In this document: in pieces, positions 28,005 to 37,005 of the stretch
Layout: each line of letters opens with the position of its first letter
Numbering within the stretch: position 1 is the first letter of the stretch
Assembly (NCBI GenBank): GCA_903908245.1
Contig: CAIVRE010000002.1
Coordinates: 26,761-90,760 of the forward strand
Direction: 5' to 3'
DNA length: 64,000 bases
From: Candidatus Omnitrophota bacterium
Lineage (GTDB): Bacteria > Omnitrophota > Gorgyraeia > Zapsychrales > Fredricksoniimonadaceae
Made by a program: the position numbers and the translations under genes
The notes under the pieces: generated by a model
Told to the model about the DNA's origin: nothing
Databases searched by the model: none
The model's input: only the letters and a program-made list of their open reading frames with translations

Positions 28005-28394
28005 TTAGGGTGTCAAAATACCGCCCGTGCTCATCGTGAAAGTAGTCGTCCCTGATGTGCTGACCGTCACAGGCGTAGCAATGAACGAATACGACCCCGT
28101 AGCGAATGTGCAACTATACACGAACCCTGCATTAGTGGTGCCGCAATAGTTCTTGTTCGTATACGGTGGCGTTGCACCCGTCAAAGAAGCCTCGGATCCA
28201 GGATAAGAACCATTATTCGCCGTTCCGAAGGTCTCGGAAGCGGTCGAAAGTGAACGCAACGTACCCTTGGCCAAAGCATCATTCGCGGAAATCTTTGCCC
28301 TTAACAGGTTCGGGATCGCAATAGCGGCCAAAAGCGCGATAATAGCCACCACGATCATGATCTCAACTAGAGTAAAACCTTTTTTATTAGACAT
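28005..28394 (-). CDS. pilA: type IVa major pilin / prepilin
   Basis: KKGFTLVEIMIVVAIIALLAAIAIPN is a class III signal with Gly-Phe cleavage and Glu5. Confidence 0.9.
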   Translation of the reverse strand: MSNKKGFTLVEIMIVVAIIALLAAIAIPNLLRAKISANDALAKGTLRSLSTASETFGTANNGSYPGSEASLTGATPPYTNKNYCGTTNAGFVYSCTFATGSYSFIATPVTVSTSGTTTFTMSTGGILTP

Positions 28395-28397
28395 ACA

Positions 28398-28483
28398 TCC
28401 TCCTTGAAATTTCTTCTAAAAAACCGTTTAACTCCCGAATGCAACGACAACCATTCAAGCTGCCGGGCTAAAAGGAGTTCCCT
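28398..28483 (-). repeat. conserved upstream element, copy E3 (in the pilA 5' leader)
   Basis: CGGCAGCTTGAATGGTTGTCGTTGCATTCGGGAGTTAAACGGTTTTTTAGAAGAAATTTCAAGGAGG shares the core and flank of E1 and E2. It lies between the putative pilA promoter and the pilA start. Confidence 0.7.
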
Positions 28484-28521
28484 GAATTGTGAGTGATGTC
28501 ATACAGGAGAGCAATAAAAGA

Positions 28522-28537
28522 GGTAATTATAATACCA
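28522..28537 (-). promoter_or_regulatory. putative extended -10 promoter for pilA
   Basis: Minus strand reads TGGTATTATAAT, fitting a TGn plus -10 hexamer, about 130 nt upstream of pilA. Confidence 0.4.
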
Positions 28538-28733
28538 GTTATTCACCCGTTCTCGCCTTGACAACACCCGGTCAAACCAAAATGTCCTTGCCCTCCTTTC
28601 TTTAATTTCCTTTATCTTTCTTGCGGATCCCCCGCAGGCTTATGTATTTTATGTATAGCCTGCAACGCCGCCTCAAGAACACTATCCCTACTAAAGCATA
28701 CCATACCCCGAAGATATTGTCCAAATATCAATA

Positions 28734-29786
28734 CTAACGGACCTGGCCCATCTCCTTTTCAAGAAGCGCTTTCTTTTTATCCATGCTGACCATGGAACGC
28801 TGAAGATTCCTCAACCCCATGGACAAGTCCCTGTTACGCGTAAAAAGTTCCTTGAACCGGGCCTCATCCTTCTTCAATTTGGCATCCTGAGGCAACGCTG
28901 TCTTGGCGGTCCGTATCGCTTTCTCCGCTTCTGCGGCCTCTTTCTCCAGCCCCTTGGCCTTGGCCTCCAACGCCTGAATGTCCTGCTCTAGCTGAGCCAC
29001 CGCCTGTAAGGAGAATTTCGCCGAAACGTCATCCGACTCTTTGACAGCTACAGCCAGCTTCTGGCGAAGCCCGTCGATCTCCTGCGTACGGCGGATCATG
29101 TCACTCTTAAGCGCCGCCTGTTCCTGGGTCAACGCTTCCCCCTGGCCAGGCCCGGCATTAACGAACACAACAAGATCTTTCCACTCTGCACGCAAACGGT
29201 CAAGCTCGATAGTATACGCGTCAAGGGCTTGTTGTGCCGACTGCTGTTCGGCGCGCAAAGCCTCCAGTTCCGCCGTATGATCCTCTCCCGGCACAAGCCC
29301 GGTACGGATATCCGACAACTCTCGCGACAATGCCTCCGACTGGGCAGTCAAAGCCGATGACTCCACATCCTTGATCTGAAGCTGCTCTTCAAGGGTAGCC
29401 CTCTGACTATTGAGCCCTGCAAGGTCCGCCGCCCCCCCCTTGAACTGCTCTTCCAGCGAAGAATGCTCCTCTGCTTTTTTTTGATACGCTGGGTCCAGAA
29501 GCCGGAGCTGCGCGTTGATCTTGTCTCCCTGGGCCTGCTCAAGCTTCAATTCATCATTAAGGGCGCGGATCTTCACCCTGATCTGGTCATTGCCTGAAGC
29601 CAACTTCGCGTTCTCCCCGCTCAGCCGGGTGACACTGTCCTTCAATGTGTTCAATGTGTAATCCAGCTTATCCTGCGCGCTTGAAGCTGCCTCAATGGAT
29701 CCCGGCCTCGAAAGAAGGTCTGCGGGTTGCGCATAAGCCGAAAAAGCAAAAAGAACAAAGAATAAAATAACGGATCGTCCCATCAA
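28734..29786 (-). CDS. secreted coiled-coil protein
   Basis: Signal peptide (MMGRSVILFFVLFAFSAYA), then about 320 aa of heptad-rich sequence high in Q, E, A and L. It lies between pilC and pilA. Confidence 0.6.
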   Translation of the reverse strand: MMGRSVILFFVLFAFSAYAQPADLLSRPGSIEAASSAQDKLDYTLNTLKDSVTRLSGENAKLASGNDQIRVKIRALNDELKLEQAQGDKINAQLRLLDPAYQKKAEEHSSLEEQFKGGAADLAGLNSQRATLEEQLQIKDVESSALTAQSEALSRELSDIRTGLVPGEDHTAELEALRAEQQSAQQALDAYTIELDRLRAEWKDLVVFVNAGPGQGEALTQEQAALKSDMIRRTQEIDGLRQKLAVAVKESDDVSAKFSLQAVAQLEQDIQALEAKAKGLEKEAAEAEKAIRTAKTALPQDAKLKKDEARFKELFTRNRDLSMGLRNLQRSMVSMDKKKALLEKEMGQVR

Positions 29787-29821
29787 GGCCCCCTCAAAAA
29801 AAACATGGAAAGAATAAAACC

Positions 29822-31030
29822 TCAGATCATCTGCGTAATGCTGATGATCGGCATGAACAGTGCTATCACAATAAAACCGATAACGATCCCCAGAAAACCG
29901 ATAATGAACGGCTCGATCAGGCTGGTCAGGGTTTCCACCGACGCGTCCACCTGCTCATCAAAGAAGTCCGCCACTTTGACAAGCATCTTGTCGAGCTGGC
30001 CCGACTGCTCGCCGACCGAAACCATCTTGGTCACCATTGACGGAAAAACCTTGCTCCGGGTGAGCGGCTCCGAAATGCTTTCCCCCTCTCGCACGCTGCT
30101 GATGACCTCTTCAATGACCCGCTCCAGCACGCGGTTCCCGATCGTCTTGCGCACAATATCAAGCCCTTCCAGGATCGGCACACCGCTCTGGATGAGGACC
30201 GATAATGTACGGCAAAAACGGCTTACCGCCACTTTCTTGAGCAGATCGCCGAACACCGGCAGCTTGAGCTTGATCCCGTCTATCTTATACGCGCCTTTTT
30301 CCGTACGCTGATACGCGATGCATGCCGCCACAAGAGCCCCGCCCACAAAAATGATCTGAAGAAAATTATTCTTAAGCCCGCTGCTGACATCCACCAGGAC
30401 CTGGGTCATCGCCGGCAGTTTGCGGTCAAAGGATTCATAAATGGTCGCAAAGGTGGGGACCACCTTGACCAGAAGCACCGTAGTCACGATCATCGCCATC
30501 GACACAATGACCGCCGGATAAACAAGCGCCCCGCCCACCTTGCGCTTGAGGCGCTCGGACTTTTCCATATAGGAAGAAAGCCTTTCCAGGACTGTCGTCA
30601 GGACGCCACCGGTCTCACCGACCCGGATCATATTGATGAACAAGCCGTCAAATACCCTGGGATGCTTGGCGAACGCCGAAGAAAGGCTGCTGCCCAGGCG
30701 GATATCATCACGTACTGTCACCAGGATCTTTCTGAACGACGGATTCGACGTCTGCTCCTGCAAGGCATCCACTGTCTGGAGGATCGGGATCCCCGCATCG
30801 ACCATAGTGGCCATCTGGCGGGCAAAAAGGATGACATCCTCGCTCTTGATCGGCGCAGTCCTCTCGGAAGAGGCCGGCATAAGCGACGAGCCCCTTTCTT
30901 CTTCAAGGCTTATAATGATCAGCTTGCGCTTGCGCAGCTCGTCGACCACCGCCGACTGGTCCGCCGCGGATATCTTCCCGGTGAACGTCCGCGCTTCAAA
31001 ATCTTTTGCTGTGTAACGGTATGTCGCCAT
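29822..31030 (-). CDS. pilC: type IV pilus platform protein PilC (GspF family)
   Basis: Two GspF repeats. The start MATYRYTAKDFEAR forms a TAATG overlap with the upstream ORF. Coordinates are trimmed from the longer ORF. Confidence 0.85.
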   Translation of the reverse strand: MATYRYTAKDFEARTFTGKISAADQSAVVDELRKRKLIIISLEEERGSSLMPASSERTAPIKSEDVILFARQMATMVDAGIPILQTVDALQEQTSNPSFRKILVTVRDDIRLGSSLSSAFAKHPRVFDGLFINMIRVGETGGVLTTVLERLSSYMEKSERLKRKVGGALVYPAVIVSMAMIVTTVLLVKVVPTFATIYESFDRKLPAMTQVLVDVSSGLKNNFLQIIFVGGALVAACIAYQRTEKGAYKIDGIKLKLPVFGDLLKKVAVSRFCRTLSVLIQSGVPILEGLDIVRKTIGNRVLERVIEEVISSVREGESISEPLTRSKVFPSMVTKMVSVGEQSGQLDKMLVKVADFFDEQVDASVETLTSLIEPFIIGFLGIVIGFIVIALFMPIISITQMI

Positions 31031-31515
31031 TATTTCCCCCCTGGCCCCGCATCGGACAACTCCCGAAGGGGATAAAAACGGTCCAATGCGATATCGATCT
31101 CGGTCGGGGTCGTGATGAACGTCGCAATATTGCATCCCGTGACCCGCTCCACTTCCGCGCGAAGGGCATCGTCGAGCGGGCCGGACATCACAATGCTAAG
31201 GACATTCCCGATACGATCGAGGGGGATCAGCCTGTCCCTGCGTGCCATTTCCACCGGAATAAGCTGTGCCACATCACAATCGACCATATGCTTGCTGACA
31301 GAAATATACGGCAGGTTGCACTGCAAAACCAGGGCCGTCACGATATCGATCTCGGTCAGTATCCCGAGGCGGATAAGGACCTCGCCGATAAATATTCCCG
31401 GAGAGGCCTTTTGATGCTTCAGCGCGAGGTCAAGGTCCTGGCGCGTGATAAGCCCTCGCTCGACCAAGACCTCACCGATCAGTTTGCGGTCCAGACAGCA
31501 TTTCGTCATAAACAT
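31030..31515 (-). CDS. stand-alone MshEN/T2SSE_N-domain protein
   Basis: 161 aa. It contains LIGEVLVERGLITRQDLDLALKHQ, which matches the MshEN c-di-GMP-binding motif RLGxxLLxxGLITxxQLxxALxxQ. Confidence 0.65.
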   Translation of the reverse strand: MFMTKCCLDRKLIGEVLVERGLITRQDLDLALKHQKASPGIFIGEVLIRLGILTEIDIVTALVLQCNLPYISVSKHMVDCDVAQLIPVEMARRDRLIPLDRIGNVLSIVMSGPLDDALRAEVERVTGCNIATFITTPTEIDIALDRFYPLRELSDAGPGGK

Positions 31516-31583
31516 CCCCCGGAATCCCGTCCTTTATTCCATTATATCCGTGATCAGATGCGGTAAAAGATAAAAATCCGTTT

Positions 31584-33284
31584 TTACTCATCCGATACGA
31601 TACGCAACACTTCCTCAATGGTCGTCTGCCCCTGCGCCAGGCGCTCGACCGCGTCATCCCAAAGAACGCGAAGGGTCTTCTGTGCGCGGGCATAATCCTT
31701 GATATCGTCCGAAGACTTCCCCTGCAGGAGCATTTCACGCACCGCATCGTCCATGACCAGGATCTCGGTCACCGCGAACCGGCCGCGATACCCCGTATGC
31801 CGGCAATGGTCACAGCCTTTCCCGGCGTAAAACCTGGTCTTGGGATCCAGGGCCCCCTCGAACTTCTTTAACGCTTCCGCCGGAACTTCGATCTCATGCT
31901 TGCAATGCGGGCATATCTTGCGGGCCAGGCGCTGCGCGCAAACCAGGACCAGGCTGGAAGCGACCAGGAACGGCTCCACATCCATGTCGACCAGCCGCGT
32001 CAACGCGCCGGCGGCGTCGTTCGTATGCAAAGTGGAGAAAACAAGCTGCCCGGTCAGGGACGCTTTGATGGCGATATCCGCGGTCTCGTTATCACGGATC
32101 TCGCCCACCATCACGATATCCGGGCTCTGCCGCAAAATGGAACGCAGGGCGGCGGCGAACGTCAGCCCGATATCCGAGCGGACCTCGATCTGCGTCAGCC
32201 CGTCCACCAGGTACTCGACCGGATCCTCGACTGTAATGATATTCTTGTCAAGGCTGTTCAACTGGTTAATGATCGAATAAAGGGTTGTCGACTTCCCGCT
32301 CCCTGTCGGGCCTGTCACCAGGATCATGCCGAACGGCTTGACGATCCCTTCCTGAACAAGCTTGAGCGAATGATCGGACAATCCCAGCTGCCCGAGGCCG
32401 ACCGAAAGGTTCGCCTTGTCCAATAAACGCATCACGACCTTCGGGCCGTAACTGGTCGGAAGGATGGACACGCGGAAATCCACTTCCTTGCCCAGCATCC
32501 TCATCTTGAACCGCCCGTCCTGGGGGATCTGGGTGACCGTGATATCCATCCGCGACATGATCTTGATCCGCACCAGGACCGCGCTCTGGCTCTCGCGCGG
32601 GATCTCAAGCACATCGATCAGGACCCCGTCCACGCGATAACGGACGCGCATATTCCCCTCGGTCGATTCCATGTGCACATCCGACGCCCGCTGGTGCAGC
32701 GCCTCCTTGAGCACCAGGTTCACCATGCGGATCACAGGCGCCTGCTCGCTGCCGTCAATATCGGCGGCATCTTCCGCCTTGACATCGGTAATGATCTCGA
32801 AATCACCCACATCGATATTCTTGCTGATCTCGGATACCGACCCCTGGTCCGCCCCGCCGTAAAAACGGTCGACCGCTTCCTTGATCTGGGACGGTGCCGC
32901 CATCACCACATCGATCTTCTTTCCCGTCAGGTCCCGCAAGTCATCCAGGGCAAAAACATTGAGCGGATCGCCGAGGGCGACCGTCAGGCTGGTCCCGAGC
33001 GTGGCAATAGGAATAAGGTTATACTGCCGCGCCAGGCGCTCCGGGACCTCCTCTTTCAGGCGCGGGTCCAGTTTAAAACGCCGAAGGTCGACTGAAGGGA
33101 TCTTGAGCTCGCGCACCAAAAGCAGGACAAGGTCTTTCTCGGGGATGATCCCTTTCTGCACGACCGCCTCGGCGAAAGGGATATTCGTTGCCCGCTGGAA
33201 TTCCAGCGCGGCATCGACCGCCTGACGGTCAATGCCCGGCAGCTGAAGAAGCGCGTCAATAATGCGTTCACGGACATTCGCCAT
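31584..33284 (-). CDS. pilB: type IV pilus assembly ATPase PilB (GspE family), paralog 1
   Basis: N-terminal T2SSE_N domain, Walker A (GPTGSGKSTTLYS) and tetracysteine motifs CPHC...CDHC. Confidence 0.85.
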   Translation of the reverse strand: MANVRERIIDALLQLPGIDRQAVDAALEFQRATNIPFAEAVVQKGIIPEKDLVLLLVRELKIPSVDLRRFKLDPRLKEEVPERLARQYNLIPIATLGTSLTVALGDPLNVFALDDLRDLTGKKIDVVMAAPSQIKEAVDRFYGGADQGSVSEISKNIDVGDFEIITDVKAEDAADIDGSEQAPVIRMVNLVLKEALHQRASDVHMESTEGNMRVRYRVDGVLIDVLEIPRESQSAVLVRIKIMSRMDITVTQIPQDGRFKMRMLGKEVDFRVSILPTSYGPKVVMRLLDKANLSVGLGQLGLSDHSLKLVQEGIVKPFGMILVTGPTGSGKSTTLYSIINQLNSLDKNIITVEDPVEYLVDGLTQIEVRSDIGLTFAAALRSILRQSPDIVMVGEIRDNETADIAIKASLTGQLVFSTLHTNDAAGALTRLVDMDVEPFLVASSLVLVCAQRLARKICPHCKHEIEVPAEALKKFEGALDPKTRFYAGKGCDHCRHTGYRGRFAVTEILVMDDAVREMLLQGKSSDDIKDYARAQKTLRVLWDDAVERLAQGQTTIEEVLRIVSDE

Positions 33285-33287
33285 AGC

Positions 33288-35012
33288 CTATTTCTCGTCC
33301 TGCGCGGTAACGCGCACGACCTCCTCAAGTGATGTCAGGCCTTTGGCCGCCTTGGCCAATGCATCCTCGCGCATCGTACGCATCCCCTCGGCACGGCCCG
33401 CGGACTTGATCTGGATCTCACCGGCCCTCGCGAGGATAAGTTTCTTTACCCCCAAAGACATCGGCAGGACTTCATGGATGCCTACGCGCCCGGAATAGCC
33501 GGACTTCAGGCACTGCACGCACCCTTTCCCGTGATAAAATGTCAAATCCTTGCCCGGGATGATCTTCCCGATATTCAGCTTGTTATAAAGCGTCTCGGAA
33601 ATGGTCACAGGTTCCTTGCAGCTGGGGCAAATGCGGCGCACCAACCGCTGCGCCACCAGGCAATTGACCGCGGAACAGATCAGAAAAGGCTCGATCCCCA
33701 TATTGACCATACGCACAACAGACCCGGACGCCGTCGTGGTATGCAAAGAACTGACCACCAGGTGCCCCGTGAGCGCGGCCTTGATCCCGATATCCAACGT
33801 TTCGGAATCACGGATCTCGCCGATCATGATCACATCCGGGTCCTGGCGCAGGATCGACCGCAGCGTCGCGGAGAACGTCAGGCCGACCTCATAACGGATA
33901 TTGACCTGGTTAAGGCCCTTCATCTGATACTCAACAGGGTCCTCGACGGTCACGATATTCTTACCCGGAGAATCGATATGCCGAAGGATGGAATAAAGCG
34001 TTGTGGTCTTTCCCGAACCCGTTGGGCCGCAGATCAAGATCAATCCGTGCGGACGGTCACAAGCCTCCTTGAGCCGGGCCAGCGGACCGGCTTCGATACC
34101 GAGCTTTTCGATATCCACCCGGCCCTGGTTCTTGTCCAGGACACGCAAGACCACCTTCTCTCCGTAAACCGTCGGCAGGACGCTCACGCGGAAATCCACT
34201 TCCTTGCCGCCTTCCAGGACAGATTTAAAACGGCCGTCCTGTGGCAAACGATGCTCGGAAATATCCAGGTTCGACACAACCTTGATCCGCGACACGATCG
34301 GAAAATGCAATGCCTTGGACATACGGTCGATCTCCCGCAGGACGCCATCAACGCGATAACGGATCCGCAAGCTCTTTTCCAGCGGCTCAATGAACACATC
34401 ACTGGCTTTGGCGGCAACAGCCTGACGGACGATCGTATTCGCCAGGCGGATAATAGGCGCTTCCTGCGTAATGCTCTCGATCTCTTTCGCGTCGAACTTT
34501 TCACCGCCCTCATGGATCAGTTCCACTTCCTCGGCGTCCTTAATATCGCGCAGGATCTTGTCAAAAGACTCGTCCGGCTTCGGAGCGGTATACTGCTCGA
34601 TCGCGTCCTGGATATCTTTCGGGCGCCCGATAATAGGAGTGATCGTAAGCCCCGTGAGCGCCTTCACATTATCGATCGCGAAAATGTTGAGCGGGTCCGC
34701 CATGGCCAATGACAGATTGTCTCCGATGCGCGACACCGGAAGGATGCGGTATTTTCTCAGGATCTCCACCGGAAGGAGATTAACAACGGCAAGATCGATC
34801 TTAAGACGGGAAATGTTGATCACCGGAAGATGCAGCCCCTCGCTCAAAAGGAACGCGAGCTGCTCCTCATCAATAAGGCCCATCCGCACGAGGATCTTGC
34901 TCAACTCCCCGCCGGTAGTATCCTGCTCCTGGATCGCGCGGCCAAGATCCTCTGAACTCAGGATCCCGTCACGGAGCAAAATAGCCTTGATCCGTTCTTT
35001 GAATGTCGGCAT
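33288..35012 (-). CDS. GspE/PilB-family secretion ATPase, paralog 2
   Basis: N-terminal T2SSE_N domain, Walker A (GPTGSGKTTTLYS) and tetracysteine motifs CPSC...CVQC. Confidence 0.85.
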   Translation of the reverse strand: MPTFKERIKAILLRDGILSSEDLGRAIQEQDTTGGELSKILVRMGLIDEEQLAFLLSEGLHLPVINISRLKIDLAVVNLLPVEILRKYRILPVSRIGDNLSLAMADPLNIFAIDNVKALTGLTITPIIGRPKDIQDAIEQYTAPKPDESFDKILRDIKDAEEVELIHEGGEKFDAKEIESITQEAPIIRLANTIVRQAVAAKASDVFIEPLEKSLRIRYRVDGVLREIDRMSKALHFPIVSRIKVVSNLDISEHRLPQDGRFKSVLEGGKEVDFRVSVLPTVYGEKVVLRVLDKNQGRVDIEKLGIEAGPLARLKEACDRPHGLILICGPTGSGKTTTLYSILRHIDSPGKNIVTVEDPVEYQMKGLNQVNIRYEVGLTFSATLRSILRQDPDVIMIGEIRDSETLDIGIKAALTGHLVVSSLHTTTASGSVVRMVNMGIEPFLICSAVNCLVAQRLVRRICPSCKEPVTISETLYNKLNIGKIIPGKDLTFYHGKGCVQCLKSGYSGRVGIHEVLPMSLGVKKLILARAGEIQIKSAGRAEGMRTMREDALAKAAKGLTSLEEVVRVTAQDEK

Positions 35013-35461
35013 TAATCCCCGCTGTAATATCTTTTAATGGCGTTACGAATATCCGTCGTGGTGCTCACAAACGCCTGCACGGTACACCCGGTCAGAAGCT
35101 CAACATTTTCCACCGCCTTCATATTAAGCGGATTTGACATTGCCAACGTCAGGCTCTTGCCGATCTTGTCGATCGGGATCAGGCAGAACTGCTCGCATAC
35201 ATTCCCCGGGACAGACCTGGCCACGTCGGCATCGATCTCGTAATTGGCCAAAGGCAAATAAGGGAACCCGTACTGGCATGTCAATGCCTGGGCAATATCC
35301 TCTTCCGTGGCAAGTCCCAGCTGGATCAGGGCCTCACCGAAAAGGACTCCGGCATGAGAATGCTGGAACTCAAGGGCTTTTTCCAGATGATCGCGCGCAA
35401 TAAGCCCGCGTTCCACCAGAAGCTCACCCAAATGTTTATTGGAAGACCGTTCGTATCGCAT
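35012..35461 (-). CDS. stand-alone MshEN/T2SSE_N-domain protein
   Basis: 149 aa with HLGELLVERGLIARDHLEKALEFQ. Its stop overlaps the PilB paralog 2 start as TAATG. Confidence 0.65.
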   Translation of the reverse strand: MRYERSSNKHLGELLVERGLIARDHLEKALEFQHSHAGVLFGEALIQLGLATEEDIAQALTCQYGFPYLPLANYEIDADVARSVPGNVCEQFCLIPIDKIGKSLTLAMSNPLNMKAVENVELLTGCTVQAFVSTTTDIRNAIKRYYSGD

Positions 35462-35591
35462 TTAAACCCGGATTTTCCCCGTATGCCTTGATCCCCATTA
35501 AGAAACACGGGGAAAGTTTCTATTAAGACTTCATTACATCATACTTTACTTAATTAAATATTATATGTCAATCCAACCCCTGCTTTTCCCC

Positions 35592-35649
35592 CACCCCGGG
35601 GGGCGAAGAAGGCCGGATGGCTTTCTTCACCCCCGGGGTGAAGGAGGTT
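35592..35649. repeat. GC-rich palindromic element downstream of rodA (CCCCGGGG family, copy 1)
   Basis: Arms CACCCCGGGGGGCGAAGAAGG and CTTTCTTCACCCCCGGGGTG, followed by AAGGAGGTT. The unit is closely related to the element at 46091-46122. Confidence 0.7.
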
Positions 35650-35657
35650 CGGGGTGA

Positions 35658-36761
35658 TTAAGCCGACCGCTTGGAACTCAAGTTCAGGAGTATCCCGATG
35701 AGCACGGCAAAGACCATGAACGATGTGCGCCCATAACTGATAAGGGGCAGTGTAATACCTACCACCGGGCTCAGGCCGATGGTCATGCTGATATTGATCA
35801 CGACCTGCAGGGCCAGGATGCTGACAACACCGATCGCCATCATATGCCCAAAACGATCCTTCACTCGTTCGGCGATCTGCAACCCTGTCCAGATCAGCAT
35901 AAAATAACAGACCAAAAGAAAGACCGCCCCCAGAAAGCCCCACTCCTCGCCGATCACAGAAAAAATGAAATCCGTATGCCGCTCCGGCAGAAAATTCAAC
36001 TGGTTCTGCGTACCCGCCAGCCAACCCTTGCCGAACATCTGCCCGGATCCTACCGCGATCCTCGATTGAATGATCGTATACCCGGCCCCCAGGGGATCAG
36101 CGTTCGGATTCATAAAAACCAGGATGCGGTCCCGCTGATAATCCTTCAGAAAATGCCAGCCAACCGGAACCAGGGCCGTACAAGCGCCCAGAAAGATCCC
36201 GAACGGCCGCATCTCCTCACCCGAAGCGTAAACCATCACAATAAAGATCCCGAGCACCAGAAGGGCCGTGCCCAGATCCGGTTGTTTAAAGATCAGTGCA
36301 AAACTGATGAGTACAAGAATGAAAGGGAACAGCAGGTCCTGACAGGCAGCGCGCATGGCCCCCCGCACACTGAAAGAAAACCTTTCGTTGCTGGAACTGA
36401 AATACCGCGCCAGCATCACGATGACCGCAAGCTTCGAAAGCTCTGAGGGCTGGAAAGAGAAAAACCCCATGTTGAACCAGCGCGTGGCCCCCAACGCCGA
36501 ACGGCCGGAAAAAAGGACCGCCAGCAGGAGCACAACGCTTAAGCCATAGATCACATACGCGCTATCATAAAAGAACCGGTAGCTCACACGGCTTAAGATG
36601 AACATCACGCCCAGGGCCATCAACGACCAGATCAGCTGGTCAAAGAACACCTGGCGGGTCACGCGGACATTCTCGTAGGTCGCACTGTAAAGCGCGATCA
36701 GCCCGACCGCGATAATAAATATGGTAAACACCCATATGGTGCGGGTCTCGGCGTTGCTCAT
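35658..36761 (-). CDS. rodA: FtsW/RodA/SpoVE-family peptidoglycan glycosyltransferase
   Basis: Ten-transmembrane-helix SEDS-family sequence. The start was taken at MSNAETRTIW, forming an ATGA overlap with the upstream small ORF. Confidence 0.8.
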   Translation of the reverse strand: MSNAETRTIWVFTIFIIAVGLIALYSATYENVRVTRQVFFDQLIWSLMALGVMFILSRVSYRFFYDSAYVIYGLSVVLLLAVLFSGRSALGATRWFNMGFFSFQPSELSKLAVIVMLARYFSSSNERFSFSVRGAMRAACQDLLFPFILVLISFALIFKQPDLGTALLVLGIFIVMVYASGEEMRPFGIFLGACTALVPVGWHFLKDYQRDRILVFMNPNADPLGAGYTIIQSRIAVGSGQMFGKGWLAGTQNQLNFLPERHTDFIFSVIGEEWGFLGAVFLLVCYFMLIWTGLQIAERVKDRFGHMMAIGVVSILALQVVINISMTIGLSPVVGITLPLISYGRTSFMVFAVLIGILLNLSSKRSA

Positions 36762-36991
36762 TTCCCGTTCTTCACCCACGGCCACGGGCATTGATATTTA
36801 CAGGCGATCTCGGGATACGGCGTTTTCACGCGCTTGAGGCACGCGGCCTTGCAGCGAAAATTATCCGCGACCGGGACCAGGATGAACATCGCCAGGATAA
36901 CGATCAAAAAGATCTTCCTCTGCCGGTCGGACAACAACGGTTTTTTTGGATCCGGCGCCTGCCTTGTTTTACTGTTATTCTTCTTTCCCAT
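36758..36991 (-). CDS. small membrane peptide with Cys-rich extracytoplasmic tail
   Basis: 77 aa: a K/R-rich N-terminus, one transmembrane helix (IFLIVILAMFILVPVA), then CKAACLKRVKTPYPEIACKYQCPWPW. A Shine-Dalgarno AGGGGGA lies 9 nt upstream. Its stop overlaps the rodA start. Confidence 0.45.
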   Translation of the reverse strand: MGKKNNSKTRQAPDPKKPLLSDRQRKIFLIVILAMFILVPVADNFRCKAACLKRVKTPYPEIACKYQCPWPWVKNGK

Positions 36992-37005
36992 ACTTTTATT
37001 TCCCC

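Noticed and set aside
28395-28733. Possible sigma54 (-24/-12) promoter or c-di-GMP-I (GEMM) riboswitch in the pilA leader
   Set aside because: The only GG...GC pairs have 9- or 10-nt spacing instead of the strict σ54 spacing. No GEMM motifs such as GGCAAACC or GGGACGCAAAGCC are present. The same element also occurs upstream of rng and pgm.
35554-36024. Minus-strand 156-aa ORF rich in G, R and P that overlaps the rodA 3' end and the GC palindromes
   Set aside because: It lies out of frame inside rodA and runs through the hairpin repeats. Its composition is dictated by the GC-rich palindromes.
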